A stretch of DNA of 59,892 bases. Source: Catajapyx aquilonaris (Eukaryota). Below, piece after piece: positions 40,765 to 52,678 of this stretch. Location: positions 1 through 59,892 of the forward strand of contig JYFJ02002294.1 of assembly GCA_000934665.2 (NCBI GenBank), read 5' to 3'. Within the stretch, counting starts at the first letter, position 1, and each line of letters opens with the position of its first letter. The notes beneath the pieces were generated by a model, which saw only the letters and a list, made by a program, of their open reading frames with translations, had not been told where the DNA came from and did no database searches. The translations under genes were made by a program, and so were the position numbers.

Positions 40765-41440
40765 ACACAGTTTTAAAGCAAGCTGCACACGTTTATGTGC
40801 CTTTTGTACTTGCATGTCACTTGCCATCAGCTTGCCGTACATGCCAATCACAGCCAGAAAATCTAAGCAACATTGTATGAGCATTGAGTCCTGCCCCCTT
40901 TCTTGTGCAAAGTAAAACATGGCAGTGTTCCTTACACATACTGGCACATAAAAAGTGGGGGTATTTAAGCAGTATCAACAAGAACATGACTCTCTTTCAA
41001 AACAATCCAATCTACATCTTTGTACACAATCAGTTTTAAAGTAAGCTGCACATGTTTCTGTGCTTTTTGTACTTGCATGTAACTTGCCGTACATGCCAAT
41101 CATAGCCAGAAAATCTAAGCGACATTGTATGAGCATTGAGCATTGCGTCCTGCCCACTTTCTTGTGCAAAGTGAAACATGGCAGTGTTCCTTACACAAAC
41201 TGGCACATAAAAAGTGGGGGTATTTAATCAGTACCAACAAGAACGTGACTCCCACAGGCGATGGCGATAGTTGATAGGTATTTGTAGGGTGTACCATAAT
41301 GATTCCAAGGTGGGCTGCACCTGTGCATCTCCCCACAGAATGCAAATTTTGAATTTGTACAATAATTCCAATGTGGGCTGCACCTGTGCATCTCCCCACA
41401 GAATGCAAATTTTGAATTTGTACAATAATTCCAATGTGTT
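40765..41440. repeat. Local tandem duplications: ~210 bp unit twice (~40765-40975, ~41025-41235) and 61-bp unit about 2.3 times (~41296-41435)
   Basis: GGCAGTGTTCCTTACACA.ACTGGCACATAAAAAGTGGGGGTATTTAA and GTGGGCTGCACCTGTGCATCTCCCCACAGAATGCAAATTTTGAATTTGTACAATAATTCCAA each occur twice. Confidence 0.8.
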
Positions 41441-42448
41441 GCATACCCAGTGACAGGGCGGAGCCCTCATGGAGGGACACATCACACCAGAAAGGAAAGA
41501 GAGAGAACCACGGGGCATGTTATTAATCACAAAGTTCCATTCTTTTAGTTACACATTCCAAAAAATGAAACAGGTTATTGAAGGCTAGCTCTTTCTCTAA
41601 AATAATGTTGACAAGGAAATAGGCTCTATCCTGACGGGGGGTGCGGGACAAACCTAAAGAACTGGTGATGCGTAAAGGGTTTCTTAATCTTGCACCAGGT
41701 GCACCTGGCCTCATATTAAAAATGGAGTCTATGGCCTCAAAGGTAAAAACTGGACTAATTGTGTCCCAAGTTTGCCAATAGCCGTGTAATTTTAATTGGA
41801 GCGACAAAATCAAAGTAATGTGCTGACGTGTGAGAAGGAAAAATATCACGGTAAAAATAATATTGTAATGATGTGAGTTGGAGAATGCCTGTTCGAGGTT
41901 GCCAGAAAGCTCCTCATTATTGTCATGTACGTACACATGATCAAGTCCTGTATCCCGAAATTACTCCATTGGTAGTTGACGATTTTTTTCTCCAGAGACC
42001 TTCCTGCGCGAAGAACAGGTTACTCTGCTATACCCCGTTCCGATTCACTACACTTGCAACACACGTCATAGCTCTCTCCAAATTATTGTCATCGATTGTG
42101 ATACCGGTAGTGGTGTGCCAGCATTATTCCATAACCTACAAGGTGTGTCACAAATAAGACTTGGTGAAAGTCTGAAATTCTGACTCTTTACTCAGAGAAA
42201 TGAAGTGATATTTTGTGTCATAGACTATAGTCAGATTTCAGTCATGTTTATGGCCCATTTACAGGTTTTTATGGTGAAATGTGCTGTGAAATTTTGAGTA
42301 ACTGTCCAGTGACATCTCGGATGGAGATGAGACGTATGTTGCAAGTGAAATGAGTCAAACAGTAGGTTAGTTCAGATGTAATTAGGACAGGCTGGGCTCA
42401 TTCCATATGAAAATGAATGAGCTTTGAGGGCTTGGGCTATCCCCGAAA

Positions 42449-43730
42449 GTTATTCTGTGGTGGTCGCTTGCTACAGGCAGCAGCCACATCATTGGTGTCA
42501 GGTGTCGGGACTGTGTAGCGCAATTTCACTGTAAGTGACGCATCCCGTGGACAGGATTCACGCTGTATGATATTTATTGCAATGGCAAATGTTAATGGAA
42601 ATGGAATATAATATTATTCCCATGTGGCTGCCTCCTGGTAGTTTATTGACATTTTTATGATTTCGCAACAGTAGCTTGAATGAACTCTGTAAAATATTAA
42701 TGTAATATAACCTCGAATATAACTGCCGTAACTTGCATCAGTTACGACTATTATATCTTGACTATTCCATGGCTCTGCTGCTATCTGGTAGCAGAACATT
42801 GCTAAGCCTTCTTCATCTGAACCAAATAACATAATGATCTGACGTTATAGTGTGTAGCTACCTCACTATGCGCGACTTCATTTTTGGATAGTAACTTTTC
42901 CAGCGTGGAATTACCTTGTAACCATACAGTTGGTCCAGAGGAAGATGGAACTCTGACAAGTGGGGGAAGTCGGAGGGACTTGGTCGAAGGACCGAGACCA
43001 GATAGTGAGATGAGGACTCCGGAGAAATAGGTCTCCTAAAACACCGAGTGCCAGGGAAGCCAGGGGGGCTGAGATGGCTACTTACCAGAATTGTGTCAGA
43101 GCCAAGATCGTGCAGCTGCAGGCAAGACTCCGGAACTTGGGAGAGAAGTTGGCACAGGTGCAGACAGCCGTGGTGGTAGAAAGTCAGGGGCTCGAGGGAT
43201 GAAGGCACATAAGCGGGAAGTGGAAGAGAGATTGACAATCTTGAAGAGGGCTTTTACCGCTGGGGGCGGGAGGACACCACAACAAGTGTTTCGCACCATC
43301 AATCCATTTGGAATGTGATCGCCAGTCCCACCACATCCACACCAAGTGAACTGTTGGAGAGAGGCAACTGAGGAGGTAGGTGCGGTTGCCACACGATAGA
43401 CGAGGCGGGCTTCCGAGAAGGGACATTAGAGCATCCGGGTGTGGGGCCAGCCAGGGCAGACCTAGACAAGTTAGTGGTTCCGCAGCAGAGAACGTGGATG
43501 CCGCAGGTATCATCCCATTGAGGGACGTTTTGGTGGTCCAGAGGCAGGCGAGGGCCCAGGTGAGGGTACCAGACAGGAAGGAATCATGGGGTTAGATTGG
43601 GGCACAGCGAGAGGTGACAGCTCCAGAAGCCAGTTGCGGCCAGTCTGGTTGACAGATAGGCTGCCTGGGTCAGAGAAAGACGCGTCAAGAGATGGGGAAT
43701 CTCTTGCTGAGGGGAAAAGGTTATCCTGGC
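42449..43730. mobile_element. Decayed interspersed element; inverted copy at 47038-47940
   Basis: 43112-43730 is the reverse complement of ~47038-47646; GTTATTCTGTGGTGGTCGCTTGC (42449) matches 47918-47940 in inverted orientation. Confidence 0.75.
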
Positions 43731-44315
43731 TTGGAAGAGCTGGCTGGGCCTGGGAGAGGAGCTGAGGGTCGAAAAGTACTGCACAGAGTGTGGGGGAAGG
43801 TTGCGCAATACAGTCAGGAAGAGGGGTTATTCACTTATATTTTTTGCGTACACGGACTACCCGGACTACCCTCGGACTACCTACCAAGGTGTACACGGAC
43901 TACCCTTCGAGACGCTGGGCTGTCGAGTCAGGGGGCGAGAAGAGGCCCAGGTGTGAGGAGAGTGTGCTATACGGATAGCCACGATGGCGGAGACAGTTTG
44001 ATGGAACCTGTTTGATGTACCTGGGAGTATGCACCACGGCCAATCTCCTCTTGAACCAGGCGTTTCCTCCACATATGCTTGCAATATTGAAGAGCTCATT
44101 TGCAAAACTACCCAAGTCAATAGGTAGTTTCGGAAATGAGCTCTTCAATTAGTCTCCTCTAGCGCGATGTGTTTCCTCCGCATGTGCTTAGTCAGGCAGG
44201 TATTGACGATGGTTATTCCAGACACTGTAGGACCTTAAACCCTGGGCCCCAGATAGGGCCTATATCATCACTACATAAGTCCCTTCTTTCGAATCGAACC
44301 CAAGCCGTCATAGGG

Positions 44316-44833
44316 TCATGACTCGACCATTGGGCGACGTGTTCTCTCCAGGTCCTGGGCGACCGGACGGGGTGTCATGCCATCCTCCAACTGTATGAGA
44401 AGTCGCTGCCTCGCCGCCCATGCCGTCCGCGCCAGGATGTCCGGGGGAACCAAGCCCGCCAGAGCGAAGAGCGCGTTCGTCGGTGTTGTCTGATAAGTGA
44501 GGGTCATGGCGAACAGAAAAGGACGTAAGGGCCTCCGCAGGTGATTTTGGACGCCCAGAGCCGAGGCACCTCTACCCCACACCTCCGACCCGAATATAAC
44601 AGCATCGGCAAGATAGCCTGCGTCGCTTTCAGGATGACACCCCTGCTCCCAGAGCCTCTTAACTCCTCTGGTGTGGATCCCTCCAAGACCCCCACCTGGT
44701 CATCCGCATAGGCCTGTGGATGGTACCTGGTAGCGTCCAAGTCCCGGAACCAGTAGAACCAGCAGTCCATGGCCACAATCTGTAGCGTCGGTCCAAGGCT
44801 GCTCCCCTGCGGAGAGCCCCGATCCATGAGCCA
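44316..44833 (-). pseudogene. Decayed non-LTR reverse transcriptase fragment (R1/I-group-like)
   Basis: Motifs RGSPQGSSLGP, QAYADD, TTPTNALFALAGLVPPD, with frameshifts and internal deletions. Confidence 0.8.
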
Positions 44834-44839
44834 TTGACT

Positions 44840-45030
44840 AGTAGTGGTTAGCGCGCTCGCCTCTGGTCCCAAAGTTGTGGGTTCGAAACAGGCCGATGTC
44901 GGTGACTATTCTCCGGGTAGTAGAAAAGTGAGTGCGCCTTCCTTCGGAGGGGAAGTAAAGCCGTCGGTCCCGTGTGCTTGTGACATTGCGCGAGTGCACG
45001 TTGAAGATCCCCAGAGTTGCCAAATTTCCA
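44840..45030 (+). mobile_element. tRNA-derived SINE fragment with Deu/Nin-like core; second head fragment at ~46213-46312
   Basis: TAGTGGTTAG...GGGTTCGAA boxes, then CCTTCCTTCGGAGGGGAAGTAAAGCCGTCGGTCCCGTG...GCACGTTGAAGATCCCC. Confidence 0.65.
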
Positions 45031-45060
45031 GGAGGAGGACCACCCCCTGGTGTCGGTGTT

Positions 45061-45460
45061 GTCCTCTCCAGCTCTCGGGCGACCCGTCCTCTTCAGCTCT
45101 TGCGCGACGCTTCCCTTCCTGCTCTTGCGCGACGCTTCCTTTCCTGCTCTTGGGCGACCCGTCCTCTCCTGCTCTTGGGCGACCCGTCCTCTCCAGCTCT
45201 TGGGCGACCCGTCCTCTTCAGCTCTTGCGCGACGCTTCCTTTCCTGCTCTTGGGCGACCCGTCCTCTCCTGCTCTTGGGCGACCCGTCCTCTCCAGCTCT
45301 TGCGCGACGCTTCCTGTCCTGCTCTTGGGCGACCCGTCCTCTTCAGCTCTTGCGCGACGCTTCCTGTCCTGCTCTTGGGCGACCCGTCCTCTCCAGCTCT
45401 TGGGCGACCCGTCCTCTCCAGCTCTTGGGCGACCCGTCCTCTCCTGGTCTTGGGCGACGA
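45061..45460. repeat. 25-bp GC-rich minisatellite with two interleaved variants (~16 units)
   Basis: Units GCTCTTGGGCGACCCGTCCTCTCCA and GCTCTTGCGCGACGCTTCCTTTCCT. Confidence 0.9.
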
Positions 45461-45589
45461 CCACGTCGGGAGGAACTCCCTCGTCCATGTACGCCCTTCC
45501 TGCTCCCAATCCTCCTGCCAGAGCCGAAGGCCCTCCAGATACCAACGTGCATTGATGTTACGATGGTCCTCTCCCAAATAGAGGTGGCC

Positions 45590-46205
45590 AGTCCGCCTCT
45601 CCGTCGCCTCTTCACCGCCTGGTCCCCCAACTCGTTGCCAAGTGTACAGAAGTGCGCTCGCACCCAGCCCAGGCGGACATGGGAGCCCCGGGGATCTCCA
45701 GCTCGATGTAAAAAATGCACGTGTCATGGACGAATGGGAGGTTCTCCACTGTCACCACCTCCGGGGGACCCACCATCCTCACCATCGCTTCTCCGGCTCC
45801 ATGGCTCATGAGTCATGACGGATCCATCCGTGAAGATCACCATCCCATTGTCGACTGGCCATCCTTCCCACGTCTGGACGTCCATCCTCTGCCAAGTCCA
45901 AGGCGCCGGCAGCGCTCCAGGAGCCACCGGACGGGGTGTAGTGCCGTCCTCCAACTGTCGGAGAAGTTGCTGCCTCGCCGCCCATGCCGTCCGCGCCCGG
46001 ATGTCCGGGGGAACCAAGCCCGCCAGAGCGAAGAGCGCGTTTGTCGGTGTGGATGCCTCCAAGACCACCACATGGTCATCCGCATAGGCCTGTGGATGGT
46101 ACCGGGTAAAGTCCATGTCCCGGAACAAGTTGAACCAGCAGTCCATGGTCACAATCTACAGCGTCTGTCCAAGGCTGCTCCCTTGCGGACAGCCCCGATC
46201 CATGA
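45590..46205 (-). pseudogene. Second decayed non-LTR fragment with RT and RNase H remnants
   Basis: GCPQGSSLG, QAYADD, VIFTDGS and LGWVRAHFCTLGNELGDQAVK (RNase H-like motifs) in shifting frames. Confidence 0.8.
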
Positions 46206-46325
46206 AAGCTGGTGCCGGTGGAATAGTGGTTAGCGAGCTCGCCTCTGGTCTCAAAGTTGTGGGTTCGAACCCGGCCGAGGTCGGTGACTTTTCTCCGGGT
46301 GGTATAAAAGTGAGAAAAAATCGCG

Positions 46326-46772
46326 CAAGCTGCTTGTTTATAAGCAAGTCGTTGCTAAGAGATGCTTTCTGGCTCTTTCTGGAGAATCGGGAATAGCACC
46401 TGCTGATATTAGGTCCAATGGCCATGTAACAATAATATTTTATTTGCTGGTAACTAAACAACGCTGCCTGTTGACCTGTCTCAGTTTTGCCAACTGCGGC
46501 CAACAATGAACAGACCAGAAGGCCTATTTATTGACACACCCGGGTCTGTCCAGTTCCGACGGATTAGACCTTTGGTTTGGCAGCTAGTGACCTCATGTGA
46601 AACCCTCCAGCGAACACCAGAACAGCCTGTTTCCCACGGATGACCCTTTTTGCCCTCATTAATATTGTTACATGGGCATTGGACCTAATATCAGCAGGTG
46701 CTATTCCCGATTCTCCAGAAAGTAACTCTTATTGATCTCTTAGCAACGACCTGCTTATAAACAAGCAGCTTG
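46326..46772. mobile_element. MITE with ~110 bp terminal inverted repeats
   Basis: CAAGCTGCTTGTTTATAAGCA...TTTCTGGAGAATCGGGAATAGCACCTGCTGATATTAGGTCCAATG is mirrored at ~46662-46772. Confidence 0.8.
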
Positions 46773-47037
46773 TTGATTTTTCCAATAACTGTTGGTGCCA
46801 CAGAGTTGGATCACCCTGTATATCGGAATTTGCACAAATTTTCAATTTGCAGAACTTTCGATCAGTTGAGGATACATTATGGTATAATATATCCTACTCA
46901 TTTTGCCTCCCCTTTGTCTCACCTCCTAGGTCCCAGGACTTTTAGTATGTTTACCTCCTAATTAGTCCAAACAAAGCCCTGAGGTCAATTCCTGCCGCCC
47001 CGTCATTTCCGTCTACACCCCCTTCCTTTCCTGGACT

Positions 47038-47940
47038 AATAACCTTTTCCTCTCAGCAAGGGATTCCCCACCTCTGGACATTTCTTTCTCGGCCCCAGGT
47101 GGTCTCTCTGTCAACCAGACTGGCCACCACTGGCTACTGGAGCTGTCACCTCTCGCTGTGCCCCCATCTAGCCCCATGATTCCATCTTGTCTGGTACTAT
47201 TCGACCCCCACCTGCCTCTGGACCATCCCTCGATGGGATAATACCTGCAGCATCCACGATTGATCTCAGCTGCGGAACCACTAACTCGTCTAGCTCTGCT
47301 CTGGCTGGCCCCACACCCGGATGCTCCAATGTCCCTTCTCGGAAGCCCGCCTCGGCTGTCGTGTGACAACCGCACCTACCTCCTCAGTTGCCTTCTCTCC
47401 AACAGTTCACTTGGTGTGGATGTGGTGGGACTGGCGATCACATTCCAAATGGATTGATGGTGGGGAACACCTGCTGAGGCGTCCTCCCGCCCCCACTGGC
47501 AAAAGCCCCCTTCAAGATCATCAATCTCTCTTCCACTTCCCGCTTGTATGTGCCTTCATCCCTTGAGGCTCTGACTTTCTGCCTCCACAACCATCTGCAC
47601 CTGCACCAACTTCTCTCCCAAGTTCCGGAGTCTTGCCTGCAGCCGCTCGTCTCGTCTCCGACACAATGCTGGGGAGTAGCCATCTCGGGCCCCTGCCTTC
47701 CCTGGCACCCACTGTTTTCGGAGCCGTACTGTCAAACTGGGTGACTTCGTGCCAGGTGGGGATTGTGCCCGCGCGTTTCCTTGGGACAACAATGCACCCT
47801 ACTGGAGGCAGGCGTAAACTAGCAAAATTAGGCATATTCCATTACATTGATAAATGGTCAAAGTTGACAATCACAAATAGAATACTTCTGACACCAATGA
47901 AGCGGCCCCTGCCTCTCGCAAGCGACCACCACAGAATAAC
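47038..47940. mobile_element. Decayed interspersed element, inverted partner of 42449-43730
   Basis: Reverse-complement similarity over >600 bp; both copies yield the pseudo-ORF LKxAFxxGGGRTPQQVF. Confidence 0.75.
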
Positions 47941-49825
47941 TACACAGAGTCTAGTTTAACACCACTCAGGAAGACTCTCTGTTAGGGCAACCCGTTCAGC
48001 AGAATGGCTGATACTGTACAGGACTCCACTCTACAATCATATCCCCCAAATCAACAACAGTCTGGCAACCTCGGCAACACACAAAAGCAAGTTGCCAGGA
48101 TGCTACATTACTGGTTATTAATTTGACTAGAAAAATAGATTGTTGATCATTTTAGTAAGGCCGTCGTGAATCCCACTTTCAGGACCTTCCATAGTGACTC
48201 CACAACCACGACCAAACCATCATATTCTATGCTAGTGAAACTATCTTCTGAGGTGATTATGTAAGTCATTTTTGACAAAAAGTGGGCCTTGATCGTTCTT
48301 CCCCCGAGCTCTTCATTTTCATGCATTTTAATCCCTTGGGGTCCTAAAAGACCCCACGTCAGGTTCCAGGGTTAAGCTGGTTTTAGGGCAGGGAGAGGTT
48401 GCCTCCATCACATTTCACTTTTACAAGTCTTGCCCATAAATACATAGGCAAACTCAGAGGGAAACATTTCAGGGTATTGATCAACCTGCCACGAGCTGTT
48501 GACTCACAACGGACAAGGTGAACCTCTCAGCCAGGTCTTATTTAATTCATTCTGGTCTGACCTTGACCGAGTGTCAAATAGCTCTCCAGGGGTTAGTTTC
48601 AGACCTAACACTTCTGAATTCATACTCTGTATATTCTTACAAGGAAGATACAATTCCTCTCCTCGATAATAATCTCCTCTATTTGCTAAAAAAAACTCTA
48701 AGTTTCGGAGTAGTTTTATAAGAAGAATCTGGTAAATCTAAATCTCAACAAAACCAAAGTGTTATGTTTTGAAAGGGTTGGTAAATGTCGAGTATTCGCT
48801 TTCTACTAGGATGTCACCGCCACTCTTTGGATAAACACCTATACCTATTAAATTGGGGGTCCCCTTTAGCTCCAGCAGAAACTTCTCTAAAGACAGTAAA
48901 TATTGTCTTCAAAGTGAAAGCATTAGTGCCACAATTAACAGTCTCTGGTCAATTCTTATGAATTCACAGCTTCATGATATTCACGTTGCTATCATGCTAT
49001 CATTCAATGCTCAAATAGATCCAGTATTTTTCTCGAAGCAGGTTTGGGGGATCACCATGGTTAACTTGTTCAATCAAGTGCAAAACTACTTCCTCACACC
49101 TCCTCCTCCACCAAAACACGGCTAATTACTTCTTACACTGTCTTGGAGACTGGCCGGCACCCCTTATAAGTGGGTTGTTTCATAAATCATTACGCATATT
49201 TTTAAATTTAAAAACGGTAACACATACCGAGATGACCTTTGCTGAGTTTTGGAGTTCAGGCGATTACAATTTGATCTCGCATATAGATGCCGCCCATATC
49301 GCAAGGGGGCCTGAAAACAACGAAAGAGCTACTTGAGCGACCTTTCTGTAGTGTCTTCGGAATTGTTACTGTTTGTGTTGGCGGATCTGTCCAAAGTCCA
49401 GATTTATGCCCTTTTCTTTTTCTTTTCAAATGTTGCAAAATGCATGCAACTTTGTGGTTAATGTAATGTAATGCTTGGTGGTTGTGTCCCCCTAAAAATG
49501 GCCAACTGGCCAGCTAATGGGGTAAAATAAATAAAAATAAATAAAAATACTGAAAATTATTGCACCTGGTTGACGGGTAATACTAAAATGCCCTCGGAAT
49601 CATTACGGTACACCCTACATATACCTTACTAGCACCATCCCCTGCTGCTCTGCATCATGTTCTGCTGCTCTGCATCATGTTCTGCTGCTCTGCATCATGT
49701 TCTGCTGCCATTTCTGCCATTTCTGCCATTTCTGCCATTTCTGCTGGAAAAAAGAGGATTTCCTTCATTCTCTGACTGTCCCACATGTAATATTGGAAAT
49801 ATCTTAAAATGCAAACAAAGTGATA

Positions 49826-50001
49826 CAGTTGAATCCGGATATAACAGCCTCCGCTAGAACAGACTTTCTGTTACAACAGACGTGAAAGGCCGGTCCCGGC
49901 ATGCTTCCATATGTGGCTCGTGTATTCGGATATAACAAACCTTGGTTATAAAATACTGATTTCCGCGGTCACTTGAAGTCTGTTATATCTAGATTAAACT
50001 G
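49826..50001. mobile_element. Tigger/pogo-like MITE
   Basis: TIRs CAGTTGAATCCGGATATAAC / GTTATATCTAGATTAAACTG, flanked by TA. Confidence 0.75.
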
Positions 50002-52678
50002 TATTGTTATTAGTACTGGCATGTAATTTTTCCGTTCTTTAGCTGCATTGCCAAAAGGATGACTGCAGAGGCGAAACAGACTAATAACGCCTCTGTATAG
50101 GAGAATCCCACTGTTTCGAGAGAAAAAATTCCATGCTGAACAGGTTTCTGTTCCAGGTAACAAAACAGGAAAGCTACATTGCTTCTAGACATTCTGTTTT
50201 ACAGGAAGCAAATTGAACTATGCTACTTGTAACACTTGAAAGTCAGAGAGCTACAATTTTCATGCATAATGCTACCCCCTCCAATTGTGTGATCAAGAAA
50301 CAAAACAATGGACAAAAGAGATTTCCCATTGTGTGTTCAAATGAAAGATTGGGACACACATTTACAGAGATAGAAAATTTTTAGCCATCTATAGCAGTCA
50401 TGGCTGGGCTTACAGACATTTTAAATGCGGAAATTTCAGGTTAAAAACCAGGCTATACATGGGCAACTCAGAATAGAAAGAGGTTGTAAATGCACAAGTA
50501 ATTTCTGACACAATGGGTAAGTTTTCCTCCCTAACTCTGTAGGCGTAGGCTTCTGCTGCCTTCAAGGTCCAAGGTAACCCACGAGCAAGCTTATGGGCGA
50601 ATGCTGATCAGCAGAAGCAGGAGGACAGAGAAACCCACCCATTGCATTGTGTCAAAAGAAAATTTGCACTTCCAACCTCTTTCAACACTGTCTTGCCTAA
50701 GGAAAGTGTGCTATTTTGCAATAGATTTGAAAAGCATACTGGCAGTCATGGATGCCAGAGTGTCATCCCTGTTTCCGTACATATGTACTACCCATGGTAC
50801 TGTACTACGCTTTGGAGGGAGTTGGATAAACACTCTGGACAAACAAACCCCAGATGCTGCATGCCTTTTATGGTACGGGATAGCTGACCACAAACCAAAC
50901 TACAAATGCTCAATAAATTACACATACCTTGATCTGCTTTGCTGCTTATTGCCTTACTGCCTCCTGGTGGCCTTAAATTGAGAAAGGTGCATAGCTTTAA
51001 TTAGTAATAGTCTAGCTAGACATCAAGTACTACATTTAAATATTTATGGAGTTCTGGGCTAATATGCAAAAGTACCTGCAACAATCATCCTCTGATATTC
51101 GAACATTTTTGAGAAAGACCTAGCAACAAAACTTTTATTTTAGAAAATTAGTCATTTTTTGGCGACAATTTCCAATGTGAAATGAGCAAGTGTGTGACTC
51201 TCAATAATAACCCATTTTTTGGAGGGGTAATAAAGATGATTTCACTTATATGTCTGTCAATTACTTCAATGAATACACTTTTTATTCTAGGACAACCAAA
51301 ACATGGTACAAACAATAATTAACTACTGAATAAAGTATTTTGAGAGTATAGAAGTGATGTTGCAGGCATGATCCAGAACTATAATGTCATAATAAAGGGG
51401 TCCATTATCACAGAACCAAGGAAGCTGGACTCAGTCCAGATCTGATCCAATGTTTGGTAGCAAGGCACACTGTTGTCAATCCAACAGAGGCACAAACTGA
51501 TCACATCCGATTGATATCAAACGTAATGAATTGTCATAGGTTCAGAATCTTTGTGTGCTGCCAACATCAGAATTCCTCATCGTTGACATGCAGTCAGTTG
51601 TTGTCTCTCTGAGATGGCAATGAGGTGCTTATCAATAAATTAGTGGGATGGGTCCAGTTTGCTCTGGGCTATGTAAATGACCTTACTCTTAAAATGAATC
51701 AAGTGATACTCACATATGGGTTAACTGCCCTCACCTCGGCGTACCTCTTTGCTCCACCCCAGAGGATTTGGAGCTACAAAAATGAAAATACAAGATTATT
51801 CATTATTATTCATTGTCTTAACTATAATAATATTAATGTAAGCAAAAATAAATTTCAGTTCAGCCTAACTTTATCATCCTAATCCCAAAAATCAGGCTTC
51901 GCTCCAGTTAAAGTTTATTTAAGTTGCATCTAGCAACTTGTCATAATGCATGGAATGGATAATATCGTCTCATTCGTCTGTATAGTTGCAGTACCTAACA
52001 AATTGCTTATAAACATTGCTGCCAAGGCAAAGAGTTTCTGTGGAAAGCAATGTTTATGTATAGCTCATGCAATTATAACTAATGTGATAAGTGATAACAT
52101 ATGATTTAGCATCACTGTCTGTGAAGGTTACCATACAGCTTGGCTAGTTTGTTCCACAGGGAATTACATTGGCCCCCTGCACTTTTAGGTCAACAACACC
52201 TCTCTCTTGCTGAGTGCTGAGCATTACATCAGATATGCATAGTTTTAATATGACAACAACAAGTGACTCTAGGTCAGGAGAGGTGAAAAATTGCCTGGAT
52301 GCCTTTCCAGCAGGCATGAAATGGAAAGTGGTCATTTTTTTGTATTCATATGTGCTCACTGTCAGAAAAACATCCCTTTTGTATGAGCAGTATGCCTGGA
52401 ATGCTGCCAAGTCACCCCCTATCCACGGAACATATGGTGCAGAAGGCAACAGACCTTATGTGGTGTAAATAACTCATGCTGCCGAAATTGTGCTGTTTGG
52501 ATATCTATTGTAAGCCAACAATATAAGAAAAGGTAGGTATGACCTACCCTTTGATATTACACACATTTAGAAAAGTTACTGCCATGGTACTTAGATGCAA
52601 AATGGGGATATGCAGAACCTTACAAAGAGCTTGCACTCATATACATTCACAATACAAATAATAAGACTGTACACTTAC

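Noticed and set aside
44844..45811. Several long overlapping ORFs (up to 264 aa) on both strands
   Set aside because: Artefact of a stop-free 25-bp minisatellite within retroelement debris.
48450..49120. Possible decayed retroelement coding remnant (also 41530-41930)
   Set aside because: No diagnostic motif recognisable by eye.
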